Shown here: piece by piece, positions 13,075 through 24,399 of the stretch
How the letters are laid out: every line of letters begins with the position of its first letter
Numbering within the stretch: the first letter of the stretch is position 1
From: Squalus acanthias
Lineage: Eukaryota
Assembly (NCBI GenBank): GCA_030390025.1
Contig: CM059445.1
Location: forward strand, 9,362,001-9,426,000
Direction of reading: 5' to 3'
Length of the DNA stretch: 64,000 nt
Program-made: the position numbers and the translations under genes
The notes under the pieces: model-generated
Database searches by the model: none
What the model was told of the DNA's origin: nothing
The model's input: only the letters and a program-made list of their open reading frames with translations

Positions 13075-13440
13075 CATGGAAGATAGGAGCAGGAGTAGGC
13101 CATTCGGCCCCTCGAGCCTGTTCCGCCATTCAATGCGATCATGGCTGATCATCCAAATTCAGTACCCTGTCCCTGCTTTCTCCCCATATCCCTTGGTCTC
13201 TTTAGCCTTAAGAAATATATCCAACTCCTTCTTGAATATATTTAATGAATTGGCCTCAACTGCCTTCTGTGGTAGAGAATTCCACAGGGTCACCACTCTC
13301 TGGGTGAAGAAATTCCTCATCTCAGTCCTAAATGGCTTACCCCTTATCCTTAAGACTGTGACCTCTGGTTCTGGACTCCCCCGCCATCGGGAACATCCTT
13401 CCTGCATCTAGTCTGTCTTGTCCTGTTAGAATTTTATTAG
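13075..13440 (-). mobile_element. CR1 LINE 3' fragment
   Basis: ORF 13159..13407 ...KPFRTEMRNFFTQRVVTLWNSLPQKAVEA. Confidence 0.88.
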
Positions 13441-13604
13441 TATAGTGACAGCATAAATTAACCAGGTGCCAGTTTGACAGATGGTTTATATTACCTTTAC
13501 CTGAAGAAAAAACTTTTGCACAGTTGCCATCTCCACAGGTTTTTCTTTGAACTTTAGTTTGCCTTTTGGTTTTCTTAAAAAAAAATCAGCTGCCTTCTTA
13601 AAGC

Positions 13605-14005
13605 ACTGGCTTAGCCGGTTGATAGGATTAGCACCTCAGACAGAGGTTTAGCACTGAAGCCACGCTCCGGGAGCTCAGCATATAATCTAGGTTGACACTT
13701 CCGTACAGTGCCGAGGGAGTGCTGCAGTGTCAAAGGTGCCATCATTCAGATGAGCTATTAAATTAATGCCTGGATCATGCAGACAATAAGGATCCCATGG
13801 TTCTTTTCAAAGAACAGCAGAGTTCTCGGGGTCCTGGCTAACATTCTTCCCTCAACCAACAGCACTAGAACGATTAGTTGGTCATTCATCTCATTGCTGT
13901 TTGTGGGACCCCAACATCTGTAAATGTCTACAATGTTTGCTTACACAGCCAAGTAAATCACTTTGTGAACCATTTGAGAGATGATATTTAAATACAAGAG
14001 ATTTC
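13605..14005 (+). mobile_element. Deu-domain SINE (SacSINE1-like), diverged
   Basis: gagggagtgctgcagtgtcaaaggtgcc...ggatcccatgg...gtcctggctaacattcttccctcaaccaac...cattgctgtttgtggga, the Deu-domain pattern; homologous to 53676-54120. Confidence 0.7.
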
Positions 14006-14064
14006 TTTAGGAGAGCACAAACTCAACCCAACTCACCCTGCTCTCTCGGGAACTGGAGTAGTTC

Positions 14065-14860
14065 GAAGTAATGATGCATTTTGGCAGAGGGAACAGGGAG
14101 AGGCAATATACACTTAATGGCACAGTTTTAAAAGAGAGTGCAGGGTCAGAGGGACCTGGGAGTTAATGTGCATAGGTCCCTGAAGGTGGCAGGACATATT
14201 GAGAGTGTGGTTAACAAAGCATATGGGATCTTGGGCTTCATAAATAGAAGTATTGAGTACAAAAGTAGAGAAGTTATGCTGAATCTTTATAAAGCGCTGG
14301 TTAGGCCACAACTGGAGTATTGCTTCCAGTTCTGGTCACCACACTTTAGGAAGGATGCGAAGGCCCTTGAGAGGGTGCAGAGGAGATTTACCAGAATGGT
14401 TCCGGGGATGGGGGATCTTAGCTACAAGGACAGGTTGGAGAAGCTGGATTTGTTTTCATTAGCGCAAAGGAGGTTGCGGGGTGATTTGAGAGGTGTACAA
14501 GATTAGGACGGGTTTGGATAGGCTAGACGGGGAAAGGCTCTTCCCCGGGGATGGTACAAGGACTAGGGGACACAGATTTCAGGTTTTGGGCAAGAGATAC
14601 AGAGGGGATGTGAGGGAAAACTTTTTTACGCAGCGAGTGGTGAGGACCTGGAACTCGCTGCCGACGGAAGTGGTGGAAGCGGAGACACTTAATGTTTTCA
14701 AGGGGAGACTGGATAGGCACTTAATGGAAATAAACTTGCAGGGCTACGGGAACAGAGCAGGGGAATGGGACTGACTGGGTTGCTCTACAGAGAGTCGGCA
14801 CAGACTTGATGGGCCGAATGGCCTCCTTCTGTGCCGTTATTACTTAATGACTCTAATGAA
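14065..14860 (+). mobile_element. Young CR1 LINE 3' fragment
   Basis: ORFs 14138..14506 and 14493..14774 (RDLGVNVHRSLK...LYKALVRPQLEYC.QFWSPH); very similar to 46600-47365. Confidence 0.92.
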
Positions 14861-15903
14861 CCATCACACCGCTTTTGGAAAGTAGGTTGGACTTTGTGCG
14901 GATAGGGGCGATAGAGTATGCTGCTGCACCTCCCTCAGCTTGGCAGAATCAAAAATTGTGGCACTGGCTGAGCAACAAATTTGAATTTTTTTTTCCATTC
15001 ATTCACGGAATTTGGGCATCGCTGGCAAGGCCAGCATTTAATGCCCATCCCCAGTTTCCCTTGAGAAGGTGGTGGTGAGCCGCTATCTTGAACCGCTGCA
15101 GTCCGTGTGGTGAAATGGGTGCCAAGTACTTTCCTTTCTCTATCTCTGAAAGTAGACTGTACCTCATCCTCCATATGTGCGTAAGATGGTTTGAGAGTCA
15201 CAAAAGTAGTGATTCTCCCCAAAACTGCCCACAACATGCTGCTCCATCACCAATATTTTGATTATACTGACCAAATAGGAACTCCAAAAATAATGTTAAC
15301 ATTATAGATGTAGACAAGCACTTGTGTTGGATACAATAGTTTTTACTCATGAGCGAAGACATACTGACATTCTACAAGTTAGGAATCTCCACAAAAGAAA
15401 ATTTGTACGTGTCAAATTCCGAAGTCCCAAGACTACTTTATGCGTCTTTTGGGTCAAATCGTCGCCAAATTTCCACTGAATTACTGGAATGTTTACCTTC
15501 AACATTTCCCAGCAGTAGCAACCACCCTCTTGCCCCACCCCCAACTTTATAATTTCTTTACAACACAAGTTTTTGTAGTGCTTCACTTAGTTTGTGATAG
15601 GATGGACCAAACTGATTCAACCTGTCAAGTCAGGACAGCAAATAGCAGAAGTTTCAGTAATTCTAGACAAGGGGATGCAGCCGGAAACTACTAAGAGACA
15701 ATCAAGACCATCAGGAAGCTCTTTACGCTAGGAGTGATCAGTGCCTGGATTGGACTGCTTGGTAGGGTAATTGAGATGGAGATACTGGAACTGTAGTGAA
15801 CAGCTGGGCACTGAGGTGGGGATGTGGAGAAAGGCCTTTCTGGATGAACGAGCTGTGGTCACCTTCCTCATCTGTGTCTTATCTTGTGATCTCTATTCTC
15901 AGA

Positions 15904-16285
15904 TTTTTTTTTTATTCATTCATGGGACGTGGACGTCGCTGGCAAGGCCAGCATTTATTGCCCATCCCTAATTTCCCTTAACTGAGTGGCTTGCTAGGCC
16001 ATTTCAGAGGGCAGCTAAGAGTCAACCACATTGCTGTGGATTGGGAGTCACATATAGGCCAGACCAGGTAAGGATGGCAGATTTCCTTCCCTAAAGGACA
16101 TTAGTGAACCAGATGGGTTTTTACGACAATCCGTTCATTACATGGTCACCATTACGAACACTATTCTAGAATTATTAATTAACTGAGTTTAAATTCCCCA
16201 GCTGCCAAGGTGGGATTTGAACTTCATGTCTCCGGATCATTAGTCCAGGCCTCTGGATTGCTAGTTCAGTAACATAACTGTACTG
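15904..16285 (-). mobile_element. tRNA-derived SINE with Meta-domain-like core and LINE-derived tail
   Basis: Minus strand: B-box-like gttcaaatccc, core ggttcactaatgtcctttagggaaggaaatctgccatccttacctggtctggcctatatgtgactcc, and a tail shared with the LINE at 28184-29393. Diverged copy at ~29930-30250. Confidence 0.75.
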
Positions 16286-16410
16286 TTGGATCTGCTGTGC
16301 TTTTTCAACACAACTTTAGAATGAAGTGCAGTGGGGATAGAACACTTAGGCAAACGTGATGGAGTTTCTCGTCTCATTACTTTTAATGAGAGAGACCCGG
16401 TTTCAAATTA

Positions 16411-16870
16411 CAGGAAACTCTCGTTTAAACGGCACCTAAATATCCGGAAATCTCTATTAACCGGCAAAATTCAGGAGTAGGTTCAGTTAAGTTTTACTGT
16501 ATATTAGTGGCCGTGTAACCGGGGTTCCTGCACCTGTGGCCGTGTAACCGGGGTTCCTGCACCTGTGGCCGTGTAACAGGGACTCCTGGATCTGTGGCCG
16601 TGTAACCGGGGTTCCTGCACCTGTGGCCGTGTAACAGGGACTCCTGGATCTGTGGCCGTGTAACCGGGGTTCCTGCACCTATGGCCGTGTAACCGGGGTT
16701 CCTGCACCTGTGGCCGTGTAACAGGAACTCCTGGATCTGTGGCCGTGTAACCGGTGTGCTGTGTAATGGGGCTCTCGTACCTTGGTAGGTATACCTCTCC
16801 GTTATCCGGAATTTTTAATCAACTGGCACCATCCCGGTCCCGTAGGTGCCGGATACCAAAGAGTTTCCTG
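16411..16870. mobile_element. Tc1/mariner (pogo/Tigger-like) MITE
   Basis: TA at 16409-16410 and 16871-16872. Imperfect ~28-bp TIRs: CAGGAAACTCTCGTTTAAACGGCACCTA versus CAGGAAACTCTTTGGTATCCGGCACCTA (reverse complement of the right end). Confidence 0.8.
16505..16754. repeat. 29-bp minisatellite, ~8.6 copies, two unit types
   Basis: A=ctgtggccgtgtaaccggggttcctgcac, B=ctgtggccgtgtaacagggactcctggat; order A A B A B A A B then partial A. Confidence 0.95.
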
Positions 16871-17035
16871 TACCTGCATTTTGGATGTATAGACAACTTA
16901 CCTGTCCACCTACCCCATGAGGTACAACACATTGCTTAGAGGTTTGTAATAAGTTTCTGATTCAGGGACCTAAATGGACCTGGACAGTCTATAACTCAAC
17001 CCAGCAAGCAAACACATTCTTGTTTGTAAACTTGT

Positions 17036-17041
17036 TTTATT
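17036..17041 (-). terminator. Poly(A) signal AATAAA of the putative short isoform
   Basis: Minus strand reads ...catgtatttttttttttactttgtatagtttttctacttttcatcagttctcaAATAAAacaagtttacaaacaagaatgtgtttgcttgctggg: upstream UGUA and U-rich elements, hexamer, downstream GU-rich element. Confidence 0.6.
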
Positions 17042-19964
17042 TGAGAACTGATGAAAAGTAGAAAACTATACAAAGTAAAAAAAAAAATACATGTATAATT
17101 TAACCCCAAATATAGAAAGTCAACATGCATTGGGTACATATTAAACTAGAAAAGTAGAGAGAGTAAAAAATATATCTTTATATATACTGCAAAAGCTGCA
17201 TTTCTGGTAACACAATGAATATCCAGTTAATAGTCTGTTTTGAGAGGGACAGTGATAACAGTGGAAATGGCTAATGGATAATGATAAGCCATCAGCTAAA
17301 GGTCTTGTTAACTTCATTTAACCACGACCCCCTTCCCCCATATATCCAGGCAATCATGGTAAACAGCATTTGAAAGAACTTCTGGCATCTCTGAATGGCT
17401 ATGACTGGAGGTTGCAGCTAGGAACCCTCCAAAAATGCATTCACTCAAAATATTTGTTCCAGTACTCAATAAAAATCAAGCTTTATTGCAAACCAAGCCA
17501 ACTCTCTATAGCACTTCAAACACCTCAGAGCATTTAAATGATCAGAACACTACTACAAACTCAGTCTTGGAAAGGTTGGTTATGATAGTAACTTTGCCTC
17601 AAAAATGATCGAAAGGCAGATCTTGCACGAACTTGGGGAATCGTCAGATACTTCAAGAGATCATCTGAAAGAATCCCAAATCCGATGCGTAGTCAGACCA
17701 CTTTTACGACCCAACATGAGTACTGCACTGCATACTCATCAAGGTTGTTCAAAATGACTTGGAAAAGATTTGTCTAAGAACGTCAATTAAAATCACTCAA
17801 GAAATGAGTTGCAACCATGCTGTGTCTTCCAAGACCCAACGTTACTGTGTTTTCTGCTCATTTGTCAACAGTTGATACCAGTTACACTGCAAGATCATGA
17901 CAAATGAAGTATTAGCATGTTTAGGATGACACGGCCATTTGAATGTCTTGAAAGAAACCCTAGCATCTTGAAGAAAAAGTAGATAAACGGTGGAATAATA
18001 TCACACCACACATGGACTGCGAGCTTGGACTCACCTTCCTAGTTTCCCCAAGTAAGTTGGACCAAGCCACGCCACAGAGTTAGATGTGACTAGATCATGG
18101 CACACTGCAGAGCAGGAGAAACTAGGTCTGACCACAATGGTTGGCTACAACACTGGGGGGGGGGGGGGGGGGGGTTCAACTCACCAAATGGTAACGCAGC
18201 TCCAGCACTCCTCTGAGGGTTGATCAAGGCTAAAGAGGTCAGTAATTGGGGAAAAAAACAACGGTCTAACCTTTGATGTCTAGTGACAGCATCAACATTC
18301 GTAAATCAGGGTTTAGCATACCCCAGATACAGAGTATAGCTGAATCTATTTTGCTCCAGTTTCAAAAGAGCATCCCTTTCATTGCACTGGTGTGATTTTG
18401 CCCTCTTATTTCTCACACCAGGAATTCCCGTGGCCTCGTGATACAGAAGCAATTTTGTGCTGTGGATTTGTTCCCATTAAGAACAGGGTTGAAATTTCTG
18501 AAACTCACTTCATGTATGATTCTGACAGCGAGCAGAGAGGCTGCTTCCATCTATCAGCTCAAATAAGTTTTAAGCTCAGGTCCCAGAGGTGAAATGACAG
18601 TTCCCCAACATACTGTGCGCCAATTCCGACTGCTTCAATATTTGTCCATGAATATTGGCATGACTAACAAGACAGATTTGACAATCGAACATCCATTACC
18701 AATGCTAGTAGTGCAACGTTCAGAACTTAAGACAGCGAAGCTTGCTGATCAAACATGCGCTCAACCTTTCACATCAACAGATAACAACTGCACCACCTTT
18801 GCTCAGAGAATGTCAAGTAATCTATAGAAATTTCTAATATTTGTTTTCTTTTCTTCCCAAAGCTTCAACACAATATCATAAAGAAATGGCCATGTGTTGC
18901 CTGCTAAAATGGTCAGTTAACAGCAATTTCATAAAACTGCCTGAACCAGTGAAAAAGAACCTTGCCTTATGTCTGTCCTGTGTTGCCTCAAATGGGGGCG
19001 CACAACTTGGACACAATGTCGTGTCAAATAAATACCGCTTCCCAGTTTAACGACTTCTCACTTTAATGAACACATAAACTAACAAAAGTACAACGTAAAC
19101 ACCTCATTTAAGCTGCAGGTAGAGCTGACCACAGACTAAGCAACTCAAAGATCGATCTTGAGACTTTAGTGATAAACAGGATAAGGTGTGCTCAGCTCCA
19201 GTTGTTTTACAGCTGGTTTTTTTTAATACCAGAAATACAGCTTTCAATCTCATTTTAATAACTGCCAAACACTACGTGTAGACTTTAACTAGGGGTTTCT
19301 CTTGCATGCAATGCGTATAAAAAAGCTACTCCAATCAATCAATCCCTGTGACCCCAAAGTCAAAGTAAAATACAAAATGTTTTAAAAGCAAAGAAAAGTT
19401 CTTTTCCACAATTACAAAACATGCAAAGTCAAAATAAATAAGATATACAATTGCATACAAAAAAATAACAGTTTTGGAACACTGAATTGTTTTATCACAA
19501 TAAAATTGGTGTACATAGTCCAGTTTTTTTTTTCCCAAAAAAACACAAATTTCATCTGTTTTAGCTTACAAAAAAATTTTTAAAAGAAAAAAGAAAAGTA
19601 GCCAACGAGTGCTGAAGTTTTGACTGAGGGGCCAGCTATGCCATTCCAAAGACAGAAGAGAAAGCTTCTGTTCTGCTGCTCAAATTTAAAAGGACTTTTA
19701 AAAAACAAAGTTCGCTGCTTACATTTGTCTCGTCTACCAAAAGTTACTTCTGGCTAAATGCAATGCGTCATTCCCAAACCCACACAAATCTAGATTTTAA
19801 CAGGGATGCGATGCATTATTCTGAAACTTGCTCCAAACCAACTCCAAGCAAAATGATTATAATGCACTATTCTCAACAAAATGTCACAAATCATGCTCCA
19901 AAAACTGGACAGTGATGCCCTGTTCCCAATCCCACACCAATTCAGAGACAAACAATACTGCAAA

Positions 19965-20048
19965 ACAGCACCAATCCCAAATCCACACCAATCGGGATCC
20001 TGAAAAGACTGCACAGCACCAATCCCAAATCCACACCAATTGGGATCC
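19965..20048. repeat. 36-bp direct repeat (2 copies, 48-bp period)
   Basis: acagcaccaatcccaaatccacaccaatYgggatcc at 19965-20000 and 20013-20048 (1 mismatch); degenerate copy near 19925. Confidence 0.9.
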
Positions 20049-21418
20049 AACCATATTAAGGATTTATTCATTTACTTCTATTGACGTGTTCAATTAGTTA
20101 CGAAATAAAGCCGAGAATAGTGAATCTGGTCAAAGTTTATTGTAACTTCTCTTCTAAAAGTGCCGCTTATTCCTCCTCCCCAGACTCCAAAAATACACGG
20201 GTCTAGCCCCACAGTCAAAAGCACCGTCAGTATAAGCATACCAACAATAAAGCGAACCATACCACTGCTTATGCCCCAGCAGAAATGACAGTGGAGAAAA
20301 GTCTAAAACCTGCAACTTAAATATTTAAATTGATGCGCCGTGTATTTTTTTTTTTTTTAAAACAGGTCTCTCATTAGAGCTCCAGTATTCAAAATCGTAC
20401 CAAATCATGCAAGTCATACAAATGATGTACAAATTGTGGACTAGTAAGGCATTTTTAAAGAAAAAAGCAGGAGCAAGAAGTTTAGGCATACCAAAATCCA
20501 AAGCCCAAAAGATTAAAGAAATGTTAAAGTGAATGGCATCAAGCATCGCCTGACTTTAGTAAAAGCTTTAGAAATCAGATACAGGATACTACTACAGTGG
20601 GTGGGGGTCCTACTGTGACAAATAAGTGAGGTCGTAACTTCCAACAGGGGAAGCAATCAAGGTAACCTATGATCAGAGTCCAGAGCAACAGGGTTGACCG
20701 GACCACTATTAACAGGAGACTGAACTTGGAATTTGTCCTGGCTGATCTTGCCCTCCAGAGAGGCAGCGAGAGTACAAGTCCCAATTAGATTTAATGAAGG
20801 TATACCTTTCTGCCAAGTATCCTTTATTGCAAGCAGGTTGGCACCTAGGCAAGTAACCATAGGCTGTACCATGTAGGCCTCCCAACAGAGATCATGGAAA
20901 AGAAAATATGGATTTTGGGGTCTGGGAGAGACACAAAAGTTCCTATGCCATTTTAGACAAGGCCAGAATAGTAAAGTGCTAGATAGAACCAGTTTTTAAA
21001 TAGCACTCAGAATTCCCATCAAATGTTGCCAACTTGGATTTCAATGAAGTGTAATCGAAGACGAAGAATTTACATACAGCTACACTGTAGACATTTCCCC
21101 CCCACTAGAATTCCAGTGAAGAGTGATGTCAGGTTATGTGTAGAGAGATCATTTTTAGTTGCCTAACAAGGGTGAACTACTTGTGGTTGAAAGGTCTGTC
21201 ACAGATGGTCGTAGTGGTAGGGACAATGAGGCAATTTAAGTTTATTGCATATTAAAGCATATTGCCTTAAATACAATGCGAGGGACTATAGCAGGATGAA
21301 GTACACAATGGGTGGCACAGTTCCCTAAATCACTTGTCCCCGTGGCATTCAAGCCATTTGGTGTTTTGTCACTCAGTAACTTGCGCCCAATCATGCGTTC
21401 TTCGTCTTTTGAGGATAG

Positions 21419-21444
21419 TCAACAGGTGACAGCAGCACCAACGG
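21419..21444 (-). CDS. brd4: Candidate terminal coding segment of the BRD4 short isoform
   Basis: Very strong acceptor (taactatctcttccctgcgttttcctcttgcag) before 21444. Phase-1 reading gives (T/A)VGAAVTC-TGA, followed by a long UTR-like AU-rich tract. Confidence 0.55.
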
Positions 21445-24306
21445 CTGCAAGAGGAAAACGCAGGGAAGAGATAGTTACAGTATGACAATTTCAATCAGAT
21501 GGGTTTGTCACAACTCGCCACTAACTGGAAGCTGATCTGGAGAACAAAAACCAAGTACTCTTTGCTTCAACTCTACCAAGCAGGTTTAATTCTTAATTAA
21601 GGCTTTCCTTTCAGAGCTCTGTGGGATCTGCCACAAGGAAAAATTCTACACCTGGTCCTGCGCATGATATAGTTCCACAAACCTCGCTGAGAAATCAACA
21701 GTTGAATGTGCTGTACTGAAACTTTAAGGACCACTATACTATAATTAATTGCTTACTCTGATCAACAAGTCCTTAAAGGTTTTAACCCTTTTATATTATG
21801 GATTGCGCTATTTCTGCTCCTGTGTCCTCTTCACTAATATCCAGATATGCAATAACTTAACCTAAACTACACACATGGTCTAGGAACCGTGAAGCTACAT
21901 TGTACGTCACACTTGCTAGAAGTTAAAACAGTTGCAGCAGTGGAATATTTCCTAGTTGACTAACTTGAGTCAGCCATTTAGATAGCAGTACCGATTACAT
22001 CTTAATACGATATATGCCCTGTGTACATGCATGACTGTGATTTAGCCAGTGGACATTAATAGCGAACTCTGGCCCCACTGGCCGAGCAGGCAAAGCCAAT
22101 GCCTGGTGCTGCATGAAGACAAATACAGGAAGGTTCCAGGTTTGATTTTTGATCTGTGGTGAATTAGTTGATTTCAACCACAGCAACAGTCAGGATGCTA
22201 CCATCAAACTCACGTTAGGGGGAAGCAAAAGTCTGCAGCATTTCCATTGAATTACTAGCAGTGACGCCTGCTGGAAATTGAGCATGTGCACATGTGGGGG
22301 AATGGGGGTGTCCTGGGCGAGAACCGAATCAGGCTCAGTCTGTTGACCTCTAATCAAATTACCTAACAAATCACACGATGAATGGCCGCTTGAGCGACAT
22401 ACCAGAGAGCTGCTGGCAATGAGGAACTGTACACCAGCTGGAGGTAGTGGCCCTAGTTGAGATTATCTTTCAGGTCTTGTGAAAGGTACAGAATAAAGAA
22501 TGGATACTCAGTTGGGACAGTGCATATATACATTCTGCTCCTGATTAACTTGAAGGAAGTAATTTAAGTAGCACAGCAAAGTGAGAATTTTGTATTTAAA
22601 ATTTGAATTAAGCAACTTTTAATTAATAAACTGTACTCCGCTATTAAAAATGTATTATATCCAGTCTATTCAATTCAATAAAACAACTTGAAATCTGGGA
22701 GGATGTTCTGGCAAAACCCATTCCTCCAATACTGAATACACTGCACTCAGCACCAGGCTGCACACCGAGTTGGTGGCTCGTTCACTAAATTTCAGGTGAC
22801 TTCCAGAAATTGCTCCACAAATTGACTTAATTTTTCTTAAACTTAAATCAAGATATCAGCAGATTTGATCAAAAAGTTGACCCGACACAAATGGGCAATT
22901 GTCCATCTCACAAAACGGACTGTGGCACGATATTTACTGGGACGGTTCAAAAAAAGCCGCCAAATACTTGGAATTGTATTTTTATTTGGTACTTTTACTA
23001 AAGCCAAGAAGTTATCTGGTAATCCTGATGAATCAAGGAAGTTTGGTAATTCCAAAAGGAAGCTTTCGGACCTTTCTACTGTATGTACAGTTCCCACAAC
23101 TTCCAAATATGACCGTGACCCATCCCCTATGTACAAGGTTGCACCTGTATTTGTATCATACCACAGCAGGAATCATTCAGAACATGTAGTATTCAGCTGG
23201 CTGACCTCTCAGTTCCAAACTCTGCACTCTGTGGCTATTACACAATTCAATCTATAGAAAAGTACAGCTTACAACTAAAAAAAATTCACTCGTCTGAAAG
23301 ACAGCATTTCTGTAAGAAATCACAGCATCCGTCAAAGGCCATACATATAACACATTTGTGATAATGGAGTGCATAATACAAAAATAAAATTGTTGACAGT
23401 TATCTTGGATGTATTAAATACATACACAGCAAGAGCACCTTAGAACAGTTCTGTTACCAAATAATGAATTATCAACTAGTGTCTATAATGAAATTCACCT
23501 ACTGTAAACTGAAGCTCCATTTTATAAGTTGATTAGAAACCTATTGTCCAATTTATCTAATCAGCTGCATCATATAAATAATTAATGTGACAGATTATTT
23601 CGGTCGAACAAATATTTTGATTTTAGGGTACTGGGGGTGGGGGGGGGGGGGGGGGGAGAAGAGAAGCTCACCAGATCTAAGTTGAAAAGTTCTAAAATTT
23701 GAAATGATCGAACAAAACTGCAAAGTAAGCATAAAGGAAACTTGACTACAATAACCTCCTATACGGTAGGCCAGTCAAAACAGCTGGATTTCATGTTGTT
23801 TATGTGAACTATTCTCCCATGGTCACTGCAAGCAAAAATACAGAATGCAGGAGAGGGAAGAGTTACAAGGCTGTAATTCAGTCAAGGGATTCTGCAAGAG
23901 TGCAGCTCACGAGTCGAAGAACCCAGACTGAATTATAGCTTTTACAGTAAACACCATTTTTATAGGATGCAAGGCAATAGAGAGAGATGATCACTGGACA
24001 GAGCAGAATGGTTCTGTGTCCAAATATTGTACAATGGCTCTTGGTTGTTATGGGTGGTGACAATTAGCTAGGAAGGTCCGACATGGTCATAGATGCACAA
24101 CGGGCATTTTCTGAAAATGCTTATGGGGACACATCTCGGCAGGGAATTACAAGACCATAATTTTATAGGCCGGCAATGATCCATGTCAAATTGCACAAGC
24201 AAAGTTTGAAATATCTGATCCCCAAGATTAAGTTACAGCCTTGCAACAAACTAACTTGTGGGCATTTTCTACAATATTAACAATTTTACAAAATAACGTA
24301 GCTTAC

Positions 24307-24399
24307 TTGCTGTTATTGCGGTAGCCTCGCTGAGTCGATGGCCGTGAAGATGGAAGCGGTGGAACGCAGGACCTAGATCATTTCTGCCAATTGTGACAG
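24307..24399 (-). CDS. brd4: Candidate alternative BRD4 exon (short-isoform GPA-containing exon)
   Basis: Acceptor tatcccttcag before 24399 gives (A)VTIGRNDLGPAFHRFHLHGHRLSEATAITA; a second in-frame acceptor gatctag before 24372 starts directly at GPA. Donor CAA|gtaagc after 24307. Phase 1-1 (93 or 66 nt). Lies about 0.75 kb after the SEED exon. No expression evidence. Confidence 0.5.

Larger units (their letters stand above)
17015..21418 (-). other. brd4: Putative 3' UTR of the BRD4 short isoform (~4.4 kb)
   Basis: Follows the stop at 21419-21421. Free of recognisable young LINE insertions. U-rich/UGUA-rich blocks at ~19335-19600 and ~17040-17200. Ends at a well-formed poly(A) signal. The 3' end is approximate. 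Confidence 0.5.

Noticed and set aside
16505-16754. CRISPR-like regular repeats
   Set aside because: Head-to-tail tandem units with no unique spacers, eukaryotic intron, no cas genes.
19965-20048. 36-bp repeat with a spacer (CRISPR-like size)
   Set aside because: Only two copies with a 12-nt spacer; an ordinary local duplication.
22865-23257. 130-aa plus-strand ORF
   Set aside because: No recognisable domain, non-ATG start, no splice context; compatible with chance.
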